Shown: positions 50,048 to 60,160 of the stretch, piece by piece | How positions within the stretch are numbered: the stretch's first letter is position 1 | How the letters are laid out: each line of letters starts with the position of its first letter | NCBI GenBank assembly: GCA_051530055.1 | Contig: CM121341.1 | Span: 1,302,001 to 1,366,000, forward strand | Length of the DNA stretch: 64,000 bases | Direction: 5' to 3' | From: Neoechinorhynchus agilis | Taxonomy: Eukaryota; Animalia; Acanthocephala | Notes under the pieces: generated by a model | What the model was told of the DNA's origin: nothing | The model's database searches: none | What the model saw: the letters and a program-made list of their open reading frames with translations, nothing else | Translations under genes and position numbers: made by a program

Positions 50048-50314
50048 TTGGATTTTAATATGTTGACCGTGTCATGCAAAATACGAAATGGGTCAGGATT
50101 GGCTGACACTGTCGTCTTGTTTGCACCATTTCACCTGCCAGAAAATATTTTTACTGGCGAGCTTTTCTTAAATAAAAACTAATATAGATGACTTCAAAAT
50201 TACGATTTGCAAATGGACTATTTTTATACTGCGATTGTGAATATTCGCAAAAGATATTTTTGATACGCATGCAGTGAAAAATTGGTGTAACTGTTGAACG
50301 ATTGAATTTTATAA

Positions 50315-50388
50315 TGCCCCAGGTGAGGCTCGAACTCACGACCTCCAGATTATGAGACTGGCGCTCTAACCAACTGAGCCACTGAGGC
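50315..50388 (-). tRNA. tRNA-Met(CAT), elongator type
   Basis: GCCTCAG/CTGGGGC acceptor stem, anticodon loop CTCATAA in the CCAGT..TCTGG arm, GTTCGAG T-loop, G1-C72. Confidence 0.92.
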
Positions 50389-50822
50389 GTTGATTCAGAA
50401 TTGTTAGCAGATTAATTCTAAAATTTATTAGCAATTGTTGTTTTGAAATCGATTTTTGATTAGTGTATATAGGTGAAAGTTTTGAAGAAATGTAATAACC
50501 TGAATTAAAAATACAAACTGCTCTAAATTCTTTATATAAATGTAAAGCGTCTATGAAATGGGCTTTTGCAATAAGTTAGTTGAAATGTTCGTTCTTTTTT
50601 AGTATCACTAACACTCACAAATCTTAGAGTTTCTGCATGTTACTAAAAAATTAAAAAGCGACTAAAAAAGCCAATCATGAGCAAGAACAATAAAATGTAT
50701 GAAAATTTTTTGCTTAAAAAGTTAATTTCGCCGAGTAGTCTTTCGATTGCTACCAAGGCCGCAGCCAATTTCCGCACTTTGAAAAGGTGCAAATTAAGAT
50801 TTAATGTCGAAAAATTGCACAT

Positions 50823-52193
50823 TTATTCATCGACATACTCATTTTCGGCTTCATCGTCTTCGTCAAGGATTTCATTATCGACTTCGTCCTCTGCTGCAAC
50901 TTCCCCTCGTGCCGATTCGTACTGTTCATACTCACTGATAAAATCGACCATACTGGACTCTGCTTCCCCGAACTCCCTTGGTTCCATTCCTTCGTTTGTG
51001 TACCAGTGAAGAAATGCCTTTTTCTTCACCATCGAAGAGAACGCTCCACCGACTCGCTTCCATAGCGTACAAATGGATGTGGTGTTTCCAAGGAAAGTTG
51101 ACGATCGAGGCATTCCTCTTGGCGGTATATCACAAACTGCCATCTTCAATGAATCCGGAATCCATTCTACGAAATAAGGACTGTTCTTGTTTTTAACATT
51201 TAAAATTTGTTCTTCAACTTCACGCATTGAGATCCTTCCTCTAAAGATGCATGCCGATGTAAGATACTTTCCTTCGCGTGGATCGCAGGCAGCCATCATG
51301 TTGCTCGCATCAAAACATTGGCGGACCAACTCCGGGACGGTCATTTTCATATAGAATTGATTTCCGCGACTATGAAGAGGAGCAAATCCTGGTACGAAGA
51401 AATGGAGCCTACTAAAAGGTACCATATTCGTCGCGAGTTTCCTCAAATCCGCATTGAGTTGTCCTGGGAATCGGAAACAGGTCGTGATTCCTGCCAATGC
51501 AATTGACGCGAGATGGTTCAGGTCGCCAAACGAAGGTCTCATGAGTCTTAGTTTTCTAAGGGCGATATTGTAAAGCGCTTCGTTGTCCAAGCAGATTGTC
51601 TCGTCGCTGCATTTTGCAAGTTCGTTGATGGACAACACGGAGTTCAAAGGTTCAGTTACAGTGTCAGAAACCTTCGGAGATGGCACGACTGACATTGTGA
51701 GATTCATTCGATCTGGATACTCATCTCTTATTCTTGACAGGACCAACGAACCCATTCCTGATCCGCAACCGCCTCCTAAGGAATGGAATATTTGGAATCC
51801 TTGAAGGCAATCGCAACCCTCAGCCTCTCGTCGCACAATGTCCAGCGTTGGATCGATTATTTCTGTTCCATACGTATAGTATCCTTTAGCCCAATTATTT
51901 CCTGCTCCTGAGAATCCGAACATGTAATTATCTGGCCTATATATTTGCCCATAAGGACCAGACCGAATGGCATCCAATGTTCCAGGCTCAAGATCGATCA
52001 AAACGCCCCTTGGTACATACCTTCCACATCGAGCTTCTTCAAAATACACGTTTATACGTTGGAGTTGAACACTCGAATCTCCATGATAAACTCCGTTTGG
52101 ACCAATTCCATGTTCATCACAAATGACCTGCCAAAACTTGTGGCCCATTTGGTTGCCACATTGGCCAAGCTGAAGATGAACAATCTCTCGCAT
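50823..52193 (-). CDS. TUBB: Divergent beta-tubulin, intronless
   Basis: [47 protein letters not shown], acidic tail; 456 aa. Confidence 0.95.
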   Translation of the reverse strand: MREIVHLQLGQCGNQMGHKFWQVICDEHGIGPNGVYHGDSSVQLQRINVYFEEARCGRYVPRGVLIDLEPGTLDAIRSGPYGQIYRPDNYMFGFSGAGNNWAKGYYTYGTEIIDPTLDIVRREAEGCDCLQGFQIFHSLGGGCGSGMGSLVLSRIRDEYPDRMNLTMSVVPSPKVSDTVTEPLNSVLSINELAKCSDETICLDNEALYNIALRKLRLMRPSFGDLNHLASIALAGITTCFRFPGQLNADLRKLATNMVPFSRLHFFVPGFAPLHSRGNQFYMKMTVPELVRQCFDASNMMAACDPREGKYLTSACIFRGRISMREVEEQILNVKNKNSPYFVEWIPDSLKMAVCDIPPRGMPRSSTFLGNTTSICTLWKRVGGAFSSMVKKKAFLHWYTNEGMEPREFGEAESSMVDFISEYEQYESARGEVAAEDEVDNEILDEDDEAENEYVDE

Positions 52194-52269
52194 GATGTTT
52201 CTATATTATAATTTTTGTGCTAATGGAGGTGCGCTGGTGAGAGACATGAACGTCCATGTAAAGGCCTAA

Positions 52270-52545
52270 GAGGACTTTCCCGGGATGTCCTGAGTAACCA
52301 TGACAACTCGGCTTTACAACGGACTCCGATCCACGCATAGCCGTTTAGAGCGTTGGTATTCGATTGATAATTCAGATCTTTACCGAATCAAAAACAGCCG
52401 TAAGTTTAGGATACCGGTAGATTGTAGCGATATGAATTTTCATGCGCCCCAGCAGCTTCTTGATGCAGCGAATCAGCGCGGCGATCCAACGCGGCAATGT
52501 GGCGGCCATCAAGGAAGCTGCCGAACAATCATGACGACAGTTGCA
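52270..52545 (+). mobile_element. CRE-clade 3'-end fragment (third subfamily)
   Basis: AV*SVG..SFLMQRISAAIQRGNVAAI. Confidence 0.6.
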
Positions 52546-52799
52546 GAATTATACGAAGAGGAGTAATTTTGAACGAAAAGAATGAATTATATTTTAAATT
52601 TTATCTAAGGTTGGCGATAACTGCAGAAAAGAATGCTTCTATTTGGCGAAGTTGGAAAGACGTCTCATAAGTATATTTTAAATGTTAATTTGCAAAATTT
52701 ATTGTCAATTCTTACTCCAAAGTTTATATCAGCTATTAACTATCACTTAAGCGATAATTAACGCACCCATTAAAAAACTAATCTCAACCTTTGAACATC

Positions 52800-52871
52800 T
52801 CCCAGATGGTCTAGTGGTTAGGATCCCTGCCTTTCACGCAGGTGGCCCGGGTTCGATTCCCGGTCTGGGAA
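52800..52871 (+). tRNA. tRNA-Glu(TTC)
   Basis: TCCCAGA/TCTGGGA acceptor stem, CCTGC-CTTTCAC-GCAGG anticodon arm, GGTTCGATTCC. Confidence 0.93.
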
Positions 52872-53043
52872 GTGCGTCACGAGATCACGACTACGGATAT
52901 CGTTCCGTCAATGAAACACTTCGGCAATTCCGAAGAGGGTCCCCCCACCGCAGAGAAAGAAATTCAACCACAAATAATGCATGCTTGCTCTAAATCAAAT
53001 CATTTTTCTATCTTTTTTTAATCCTTCGAGTGGATGTGTGTTC

Positions 53044-53292
53044 TCAGTGGCGAATTGTAACGCACTCGAGTTTTATTATTGAAACCTTCATTGCGAATTT
53101 TCAAGGCCTCAGCCTCCTTCTCAAGCATCTAAAAATGGATGTCGTGGGGGTTCCTAAGTTGGTAGCCTTGACTCGGGTGCGCGGGACATCCCACCACATC
53201 CATTTTTAGATGCATGAGAAGCAGGCTGGGCATGAAAATTCGCAATGAGAATTTCAATAATAAAGCTCGAGTGTGTAAAAATTCGCCATTGA
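53044..53292. repeat. MITE-like fold-back element (~105-bp arms, ~40-nt loop)
   Basis: TGGCGAATT..CACTCGAG.TTTATTATTGAAA..CATTGCGAATTTTCA..GCATCTAAAAATGGATGT mirrored on the right. Confidence 0.75.
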
Positions 53293-53774
53293 AAATAAAT
53301 CATTTTTCTTTATTTCGCCTGACGATAAAAAATCTGTGGATAACATCCAAGTGGATGCAATTCCACGAAAATGCATCTTAAAATGATTCTCAGTGGTCAA
53401 AATTCAGAAATCAATTCAGAATATTCGGCTCACGTCTCACGCCGGTCAAATCGCATCCTTAACGAAGTAAAATTGTTTCAGAAATGTTCAAATGAGGTGC
53501 AAAATGCTTGAATATTTTAAAAGACCTTCACAATGAATCACTTTGTAAGTTTTTGAATTAAAAACGTGAAAAATCTCTAAACTCGTTTAACTTTTGGTGT
53601 ATAATTTCCTAAACGAACACTTCTTTTGTTCTAAAATGCTCATAGATCTTCTGTGTTAAAATTAAAGCTGATGAAACGTTTGACAGAATTAGTTTTCCGG
53701 GACATCATCTCGCAAATGCTGCCTATCTTTGAAAATATCCTCACCAATTAAGCGAAACAAACCCACCTTCGAAT

Positions 53775-55898
53775 TTATTTAGTTTGAGGAAAGATACTCG
53801 TAAGATTAATGCCCTGCTGATCAGCATTTAAGAGCTGGCACATCTCTTGCTGAATGTACTCGTCCGACTTTCTTCTTTTACCGCCATATCTGAGCCGCAA
53901 CCTCTCCTCATGTTGTCCGGCTAAACGCCCTTTATTTGTATTTCTTATCAAATTTATCCGTTCAGTGAGTGCCATTCGCAAAGCCATTTGTCCTTCCGTA
54001 AGTTTGCAAGCGAGGGCTTCGTCTATTGCCCTGAATTTCGCGTTGAATTTGTTCATGTCGCGTTTAACCAGCTTTATTTGATTGGGTGTGATAATTTGGG
54101 GATGCCGAGGTCTCCATGTAAACTGTTTCAATCCAGCAATCCGTTTGCGAGCCAACTTCTTTCCTTGAAATGAGTAAATAGTAAATGCGCTGTCGATTGG
54201 AATTGAACGTACAAGAGCGCACGCTGCAACATATCGTCCACTCGGATCAAAGAAGACATAGTTCAGCATGGCGTGTTCTTCGCTATGAGTAATCGATTGA
54301 TTTTGAACGTCGACAAACATGAGTTTCTGGTTCATTCTTCCCTTGGTCCACGCTAAGACACAATGTTGTCCAGTAGGAGACCAACTGGCTTCATTGACTT
54401 CAACTGAAAATTCACTAGTCATTTTTAGGTCAATTGGTGTCACTTGATAAAATGTTGCTCGCATCCGTGTTCCACTTTGGAAATTTAGAGTTTCGTGAAT
54501 TATTAAAAGCCGATTTCCAGCATTTGGCTGCCATCCAAAATATTCTGGTTTCGAGTCTATCTTCAATGTATCCACTGGACAATCCTTTTTCGAAACTCGG
54601 AATATTTCAAAGTTGTAATGTAGGTTTGTGTAGATGGGTTTTGAACATCCATTGTCTTTTGCGTGTTTTACCTTCTTGTACAAATCTACTTTTACACAAA
54701 GAAAGTCTCCGTTGTCCTGCCATTCGAGATGGCACCGAACTACGTTATACAGATTTTTGGTTCGAATGTCTTTTTTGTTAACGATGTTAAGAATGGAAAC
54801 ACATGCGGGTTTGTTATTCTGTTCAGCTGTCCAAAAAGCGACAAATTCTGAACGTTTTGGAGAAGGGGCGTAATCAGCAACTGGTATACCTACACCGGCA
54901 ACAGGTTCCGTGTGGAGAAGAGCGAAATTTCGATCGTTTGTGTCATGAACGAACAGTTGTCCATTGTCCAGTCGAAGCATGTAACGGTCATCCGCAGTCC
55001 ACTTCACCGCTAAATCAGGGTCATTTTTCTTATGATTGGACAACACAAACGAGTACATTTGAAGACATGAAACAACGTCGTATACTCTGACATTAATATC
55101 AAATAATTCTTCACTTTGAGATATCTTAAGATACGACGATGTTAGAATGAATTTTTCCTTTAGTGAAAATTTGAGAAATGAAACACGAGGTTGACCGAAG
55201 TTCCCGAATCGCTCGAAGGTATCACCAGCCCATAAAACGACTCCTTGTTGATGAAAAGTGGACAAAAATGTTCCTAGTGGCGACCATTGGCATGGCTGAT
55301 CAGAAAAGTCTTCACGTTTCATCAATTCTTTGCTTTGTGGAAGAGAATTTAAGTGGATTTCGGTGGTTGTACCATGAGTATAGCTGAATTGATCGTAAGC
55401 ATACTCATCGCTCATCCAATCGAAGATGGATGAAATGGATTTAAGAGGATGACATTCAACTTTCGGAGATTCATCTTTAACTTGAAGAAAAGATTGAACT
55501 TGATTCATTGTTTGAGCAATCAAAGTGTGTGATTTATCGAGTCTATGTCCGTTGAGCCTCGCAGCGGCACTCTGAGCTTCCTTTATATCGCCGTATTCGA
55601 CGAACAATAAACCAGTGGTCCGTGAACTTTTTAACGGCATCTCAACACCTAATATGTTTCCAACTCCAATAATGCCTTTCATATGGTTCAATAGCTTGTT
55701 GTATCGATTCATTTCAACAACAGGCAAATTGTCGATTACCATTATGTTAGCCATGCACCGGTTGACTTTTGGTTCTTTAGCTTTGAAAGCAAGAAGCTCC
55801 TCGTCTTCATCAATGGACTCGTCCACGAAATCCTCTGGGTCACTGAAATCTGGCTCAGCCTCCATCTTCGTTTGTTCGCTGTTTTGATTGATATACAT
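53775..55898 (-). CDS. EIF3B: Translation initiation factor eIF3 subunit b, intronless (true start may be Met at 55862)
   Basis: EPDFSDPEDFVD, RRM (VIDNLPVV..GLLFVEY..GHRLDKSH), WSPLGTFL..HQQGVVLW, WSPTGQH, FDPSGRYV, WRPR. Confidence 0.9.
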   Translation of the reverse strand: MYINQNSEQTKMEAEPDFSDPEDFVDESIDEDEELLAFKAKEPKVNRCMANIMVIDNLPVVEMNRYNKLLNHMKGIIGVGNILGVEMPLKSSRTTGLLFVEYGDIKEAQSAAARLNGHRLDKSHTLIAQTMNQVQSFLQVKDESPKVECHPLKSISSIFDWMSDEYAYDQFSYTHGTTTEIHLNSLPQSKELMKREDFSDQPCQWSPLGTFLSTFHQQGVVLWAGDTFERFGNFGQPRVSFLKFSLKEKFILTSSYLKISQSEELFDINVRVYDVVSCLQMYSFVLSNHKKNDPDLAVKWTADDRYMLRLDNGQLFVHDTNDRNFALLHTEPVAGVGIPVADYAPSPKRSEFVAFWTAEQNNKPACVSILNIVNKKDIRTKNLYNVVRCHLEWQDNGDFLCVKVDLYKKVKHAKDNGCSKPIYTNLHYNFEIFRVSKKDCPVDTLKIDSKPEYFGWQPNAGNRLLIIHETLNFQSGTRMRATFYQVTPIDLKMTSEFSVEVNEASWSPTGQHCVLAWTKGRMNQKLMFVDVQNQSITHSEEHAMLNYVFFDPSGRYVAACALVRSIPIDSAFTIYSFQGKKLARKRIAGLKQFTWRPRHPQIITPNQIKLVKRDMNKFNAKFRAIDEALACKLTEGQMALRMALTERINLIRNTNKGRLAGQHEERLRLRYGGKRRKSDEYIQQEMCQLLNADQQGINLTSIFPQTK

Positions 55899-57019
55899 TT
55901 CGGAATGTTCAATAGTGATGAATAAAGGTAATTGTGATCAGTGCAAATGGACAGGTATCTAGCCTTTCTGCTCTAAAAAATTCAAGAAATTTTCTCGTAA
56001 ATGTTTTTCCCGCCAAGTCTGTCAAAATGGTGAGCAAAGATTGTATTTATAAAATTGTTGAAGCAATTTGATAATTGCCTGCTAAATTCTATTTGATAAA
56101 TATTAACGATTAAATTTTTTTAGCGGAGATATAGACATCTTCTTTCAATAGAATGATCGTAAAAACGCTGTTAATTCGATGCATAAAAACCCCCAGAACA
56201 TGTAGCCAATTGTAAAGATTTATGTTATTATCGGTGCCGAATCTCAGAGAAAAAGTATCCAGGCAATACCTTATTTGGCAATAACATCGCATGGAAGATT
56301 TCCAGGGAATGTTTTCTTAATGATAGCTTTCCATAAATATAACAAGTGATTTCTTGGAAGGAACTTGATCGATTAGTTGGTAAATGGACAATTTTAATTT
56401 AAAAAAACACTGGATGTTTGGTATATTAGATAAAGCACATTGATAACTTTTTTAATTAACAAATCTACGCGATAAAATTGCAGTCGAATTCTTCAAAAAA
56501 TTACCCAAGTATTTTCTTGAAAAACATGTTAAATCAATAGTTCACCGGGCGGAAGAATTTTTATTGGTTAAAACTGATGGATTTGAACGGAAACGAACTT
56601 TCTAATGGCGTTAGATTAAATAAAGACACTACGAGAACGATTGTTGCGTTAGTGTATGGGAAAGAGCGTATTATAAGTGTCGGATTTCCGCATTTAAAAT
56701 CGTGCTTAGAAATAGTAAAGTGCTTTTGAACCAAAGAAATAGTCGTGAGTTTTGTAGGGAATTTCAAAAAAAAGGAAAATAGGCGCATCGACTAAAACGC
56801 GAAATAGAAAACGGTCAAAGCATCACAGGAAGATTATGTAATTCCGGATTTTAATTTGCATTCAAGCACCTACTGGTTTTATGCATATATATATAAAACC
56901 ACTTAAAACATAGTATTATGTAACTCGAAACTTTATGGCCAACAGTTTCACCGTTTATACACACACACACACTTGGCAGTATAAAAATGCATTTTAGAAT
57001 TTCGTTTTTATAAAAATAA

Positions 57020-57267
57020 ATCTGTACCGAGTGGTGTGTGCGTTCAAAATGCGCTCAATTAGTCGCTGGTTCAAATCCACTGATCGCTGGGTTTCACGGG
57101 CCGCTGGAAGGGTGAGGTCAGGAGTGAGATCGCCCATTGAATCTAAAAAAGAGGGATGGCCCTGTCTTTTTGAGTGAGGCTAAGCGCTTCCGAAGTGCAT
57201 GAGTTAGCTAAGAAGCTCCCAAAGACATGCCGTGAGGCAGTGTAGGCGATTTAAAATTAAAAAAAAA
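57020..57267 (+). mobile_element. Probable tRNA-derived SINE
   Basis: A-box-like TACCGAGTGG, B-box GGTTCAAATCC ~35 nt downstream, GC-rich body, A-rich tail; no cloverleaf. Confidence 0.45.
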
Positions 57268-57584
57268 GTAAGTACTTGTACGCGGATAAATATTATGTAG
57301 AAACATAATAAATGCAATGCGAACAATCAAGGGTATCCTAAATTAAAAATCGAAGTAGTTATCAAGATGATATCTCACCCATTAATAATTAAGGAATAAA
57401 TTTAGCAACACTTTACAAGGGATATTTATTTTGGCGTTGTTTGCAAAGATAAAAGGAATTCTCACGGTGAGTTCAAAGTTTTCACTGATATTTACACGAT
57501 CGTATGTTTTCAAGAATGCAAATCACTTATTCAGCTTATGAACAAGGCGATTTAATCCATAAATAAAATGAAAAATATTTTTCT

Positions 57585-59363
57585 TTAGACCAATCTTCCT
57601 TTCTCATTAGCGCCCGTCCCTTCACTCTTTTTCGCACTTAAGGTCGCCTTTTCTGCTTCAGCCTTCTTCGCAGCCTCAGCCTTTTCAACCGCAGCTTTTT
57701 CAGCGTTTCGATTACTCAATCGATTATTGATAAGATCATGAAGACTAACGATAGCCCGACAAAGAACAGCAACGTAAATAACGGCCATTTGATCGTTTAA
57801 AGCATGAAGGAAATGTTTCGAAAAGGATTTACTTCCTTCGAGTTGGTCGTAGAGTGGATTGATTATGTGTTGAAGATGTTCAAGGATTGCATTATTATAA
57901 AATGTGGTCTCATCACCGCTTTTAGACGCTTCTTCAAGGTACTCTTTGATTTGATGAAGACAATAGGCAAGGCCTTCGGCGCTACCGATCTGTTTGTCGA
58001 CTCGTTGACTTAACGATCCAGCAGTTATATTACGAATCCCACGAAGTAAATGCTCTACTCCTACTTCTTCTGCTTCCTCAGCTTCAATTTCACATGCGAG
58101 ATGTTCAAAGGTTACAAGAGAAGAAACTCCAACTTCATTCGGTAACTGTTCAGTCAAAAGATATGCTTGTGTGGGCATCCGTGGATTTGATGCATTATTG
58201 TTCGTTAGAAGAGAAGGAGAGGAGAATGGTTGAGATCGTATTATCACGAGTACCTTTTTAGAGAAGATATATTGATTTTAGACAATAACTAGAATACATA
58301 TGAATAATATATTTGATACTTATTATAAATGTCATGAAATCATTCATATCATCGCCGGTCGAAAGGACTGAAGCAGCGTTTCCTAGCGTTGCGTAGTTAG
58401 ACTAATGTTTTGTAGGAGGAATTCTCCTGCTGTTTGAAGATTGAATTATTCTGATGAAGGAATTTCGACTAAAACCGATTGTTTTCGAGGGCACATTTGG
58501 AACACTTTTAAAAACAACTTTGATTAACACATACACAAGATTTAATAAAAATTAATTTCAATTTTTAGCCGTCACAAACAAACATCAGACAGACGAATCA
58601 CTGAAAATTCGAGGGCGGGGGGGCGCTGCATCCGACATTTCGACCGTTACACCACTAAGGAAGCTCAGTGATCCGGAGCGGCGGTATGAACGTTAATTTC
58701 GGTCAACATTTCTTTAGCCGCCATAAACAAACATTAATTTTTCTTCTGTGAACTAAAATAAACAGTAGGATCAGGAGATACTCAGTGACGTATTTTTTTG
58801 CTGATAAGATGCATAGAATTTGGAAGATTTATCGTAAAAAACAGGAGATAATTTCAGGAGCGATCAAGAGCTCCAAATGGCGAGGTTTCTTTGTTAAACT
58901 TACAGGATCAGGATTGTATTTCCTGAAAAAGTCACATATTTCCACATCATTTGGTCGAAGATCAGGTCCTGTGTGGTACCAACCTACAATCTTTTCTCGA
59001 GCTTGAAGCACAGGTCTCAAAAAAAGGTTTAGAAAGTACATGGATCTAACCGTTTATTTTCCAGAACATTCCGTACATTGTGTCGAGATAATCATCATTC
59101 AAATACCAAATATACGAGCCTTCTTCACTGAATGGAACGGCGAAGCTATTGGTTATATCGAGGACGCGGCCGCTGGCTGTCCCCAGAAGTACACCGACGA
59201 CGCGTTCGTCCTCTGATATTACTGCATCCGAGCGGTTGTAGTGGTCAACAGCGTTCAACAAAACCAAAGGATGGATTATTACTCGATCGTATCGAGAAAC
59301 CTGGCGAGGTGGCTTCAATATATCAGTAAAGAAATCATTGCTAGATGGTACAACTGGATCCAT
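57585..59363 (-). CDS. PSMD7: 26S proteasome lid subunit Rpn8; exons 59363-59051, 59001-58904, 58253-57585 (~359 aa)
   Basis: VIIHPLVLLNAVDHYNR..RVVGVLLG..ITNSFAVPF; KIN|AREKIVGWYHTGP; VLVII; EAEEVGVEHLLR. All junctions in frame with GT-AG. Confidence 0.92.
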
Positions 59364-60160
59364 CTAAGATGACCGTTTCAGAAAATCGAACGTTTTTTGA
59401 ACTAAAGAACTTTTTTGGCAAATTTCTTGAGTTACAGTGGTTATTCCCAAAATCCAATTTCGGAATACTGTATCCGTTCCAAAACTGCTGTATAAGCTGC
59501 GTACAGCACCTTCTTAGACATATGGATAAGCTGGCAAAATTAGACGAGTATCTTTGAATTGTTTATTTTTTTCAATATGAATTATTAAGTATAGAAAGAG
59601 AGAGCGTAAAACAAAAACACCAACATCTTCAACTCTATTATCCCGACGAATTTTCTCCGGATTATTAAAAAAAGAAGTTCAATTCCAATTCACAAGAAAT
59701 CTGTGATTTGAATTGATTTCAAACGCGTATTGGCCCGAAAAATTAAATCGGTCATCTAATTTTCATCATTCTCCCTCGGATACTTTCTCCGATTTAGCGC
59801 GGAAACAAAAAACAATTGAACATTTAACTTTTCAAATTTGCAAAGCGCATTTTTTATGCAAATACGAAACTTTGGTCCCGAAATTCATCTCGGATTTTTT
59901 CCTTTTTTTGGTTCACTTCTTATTTCATACGTTGGCGAAAAGCATGACGTACATTTTGTTAGTTTAAGCAAATATGTTCGAGATCTTGGTTTAATTGTGG
60001 AGATTAGATTTGGTGCGTTTCAAAATTGCACTCTAGGATTCTTCCGTATCAATTTGTCATGTACGATTCTTCCGTGTCTTCGCTCAACTTTACTTTGTGT
60101 GTCAGTGCTCATCTCCTCGCTTGCTTTTCTTTTCAGAGGCTCCTCGCGCTCCGCATCAAA

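Noticed and set aside
50047-52800. tRNA-targeted insertion of CRE elements
   Set aside because: One copy is ~270 bp downstream of tRNA-Met and another ~250 bp upstream of tRNA-Glu. The geometry is inconsistent and five other copies have no tRNA nearby.
58560-58800. Intronic snoRNA or ribozyme in PSMD7 intron 2
   Set aside because: Short direct and inverted repeats are present, but I could not assemble convincing C/D, H/ACA or hammerhead cores.
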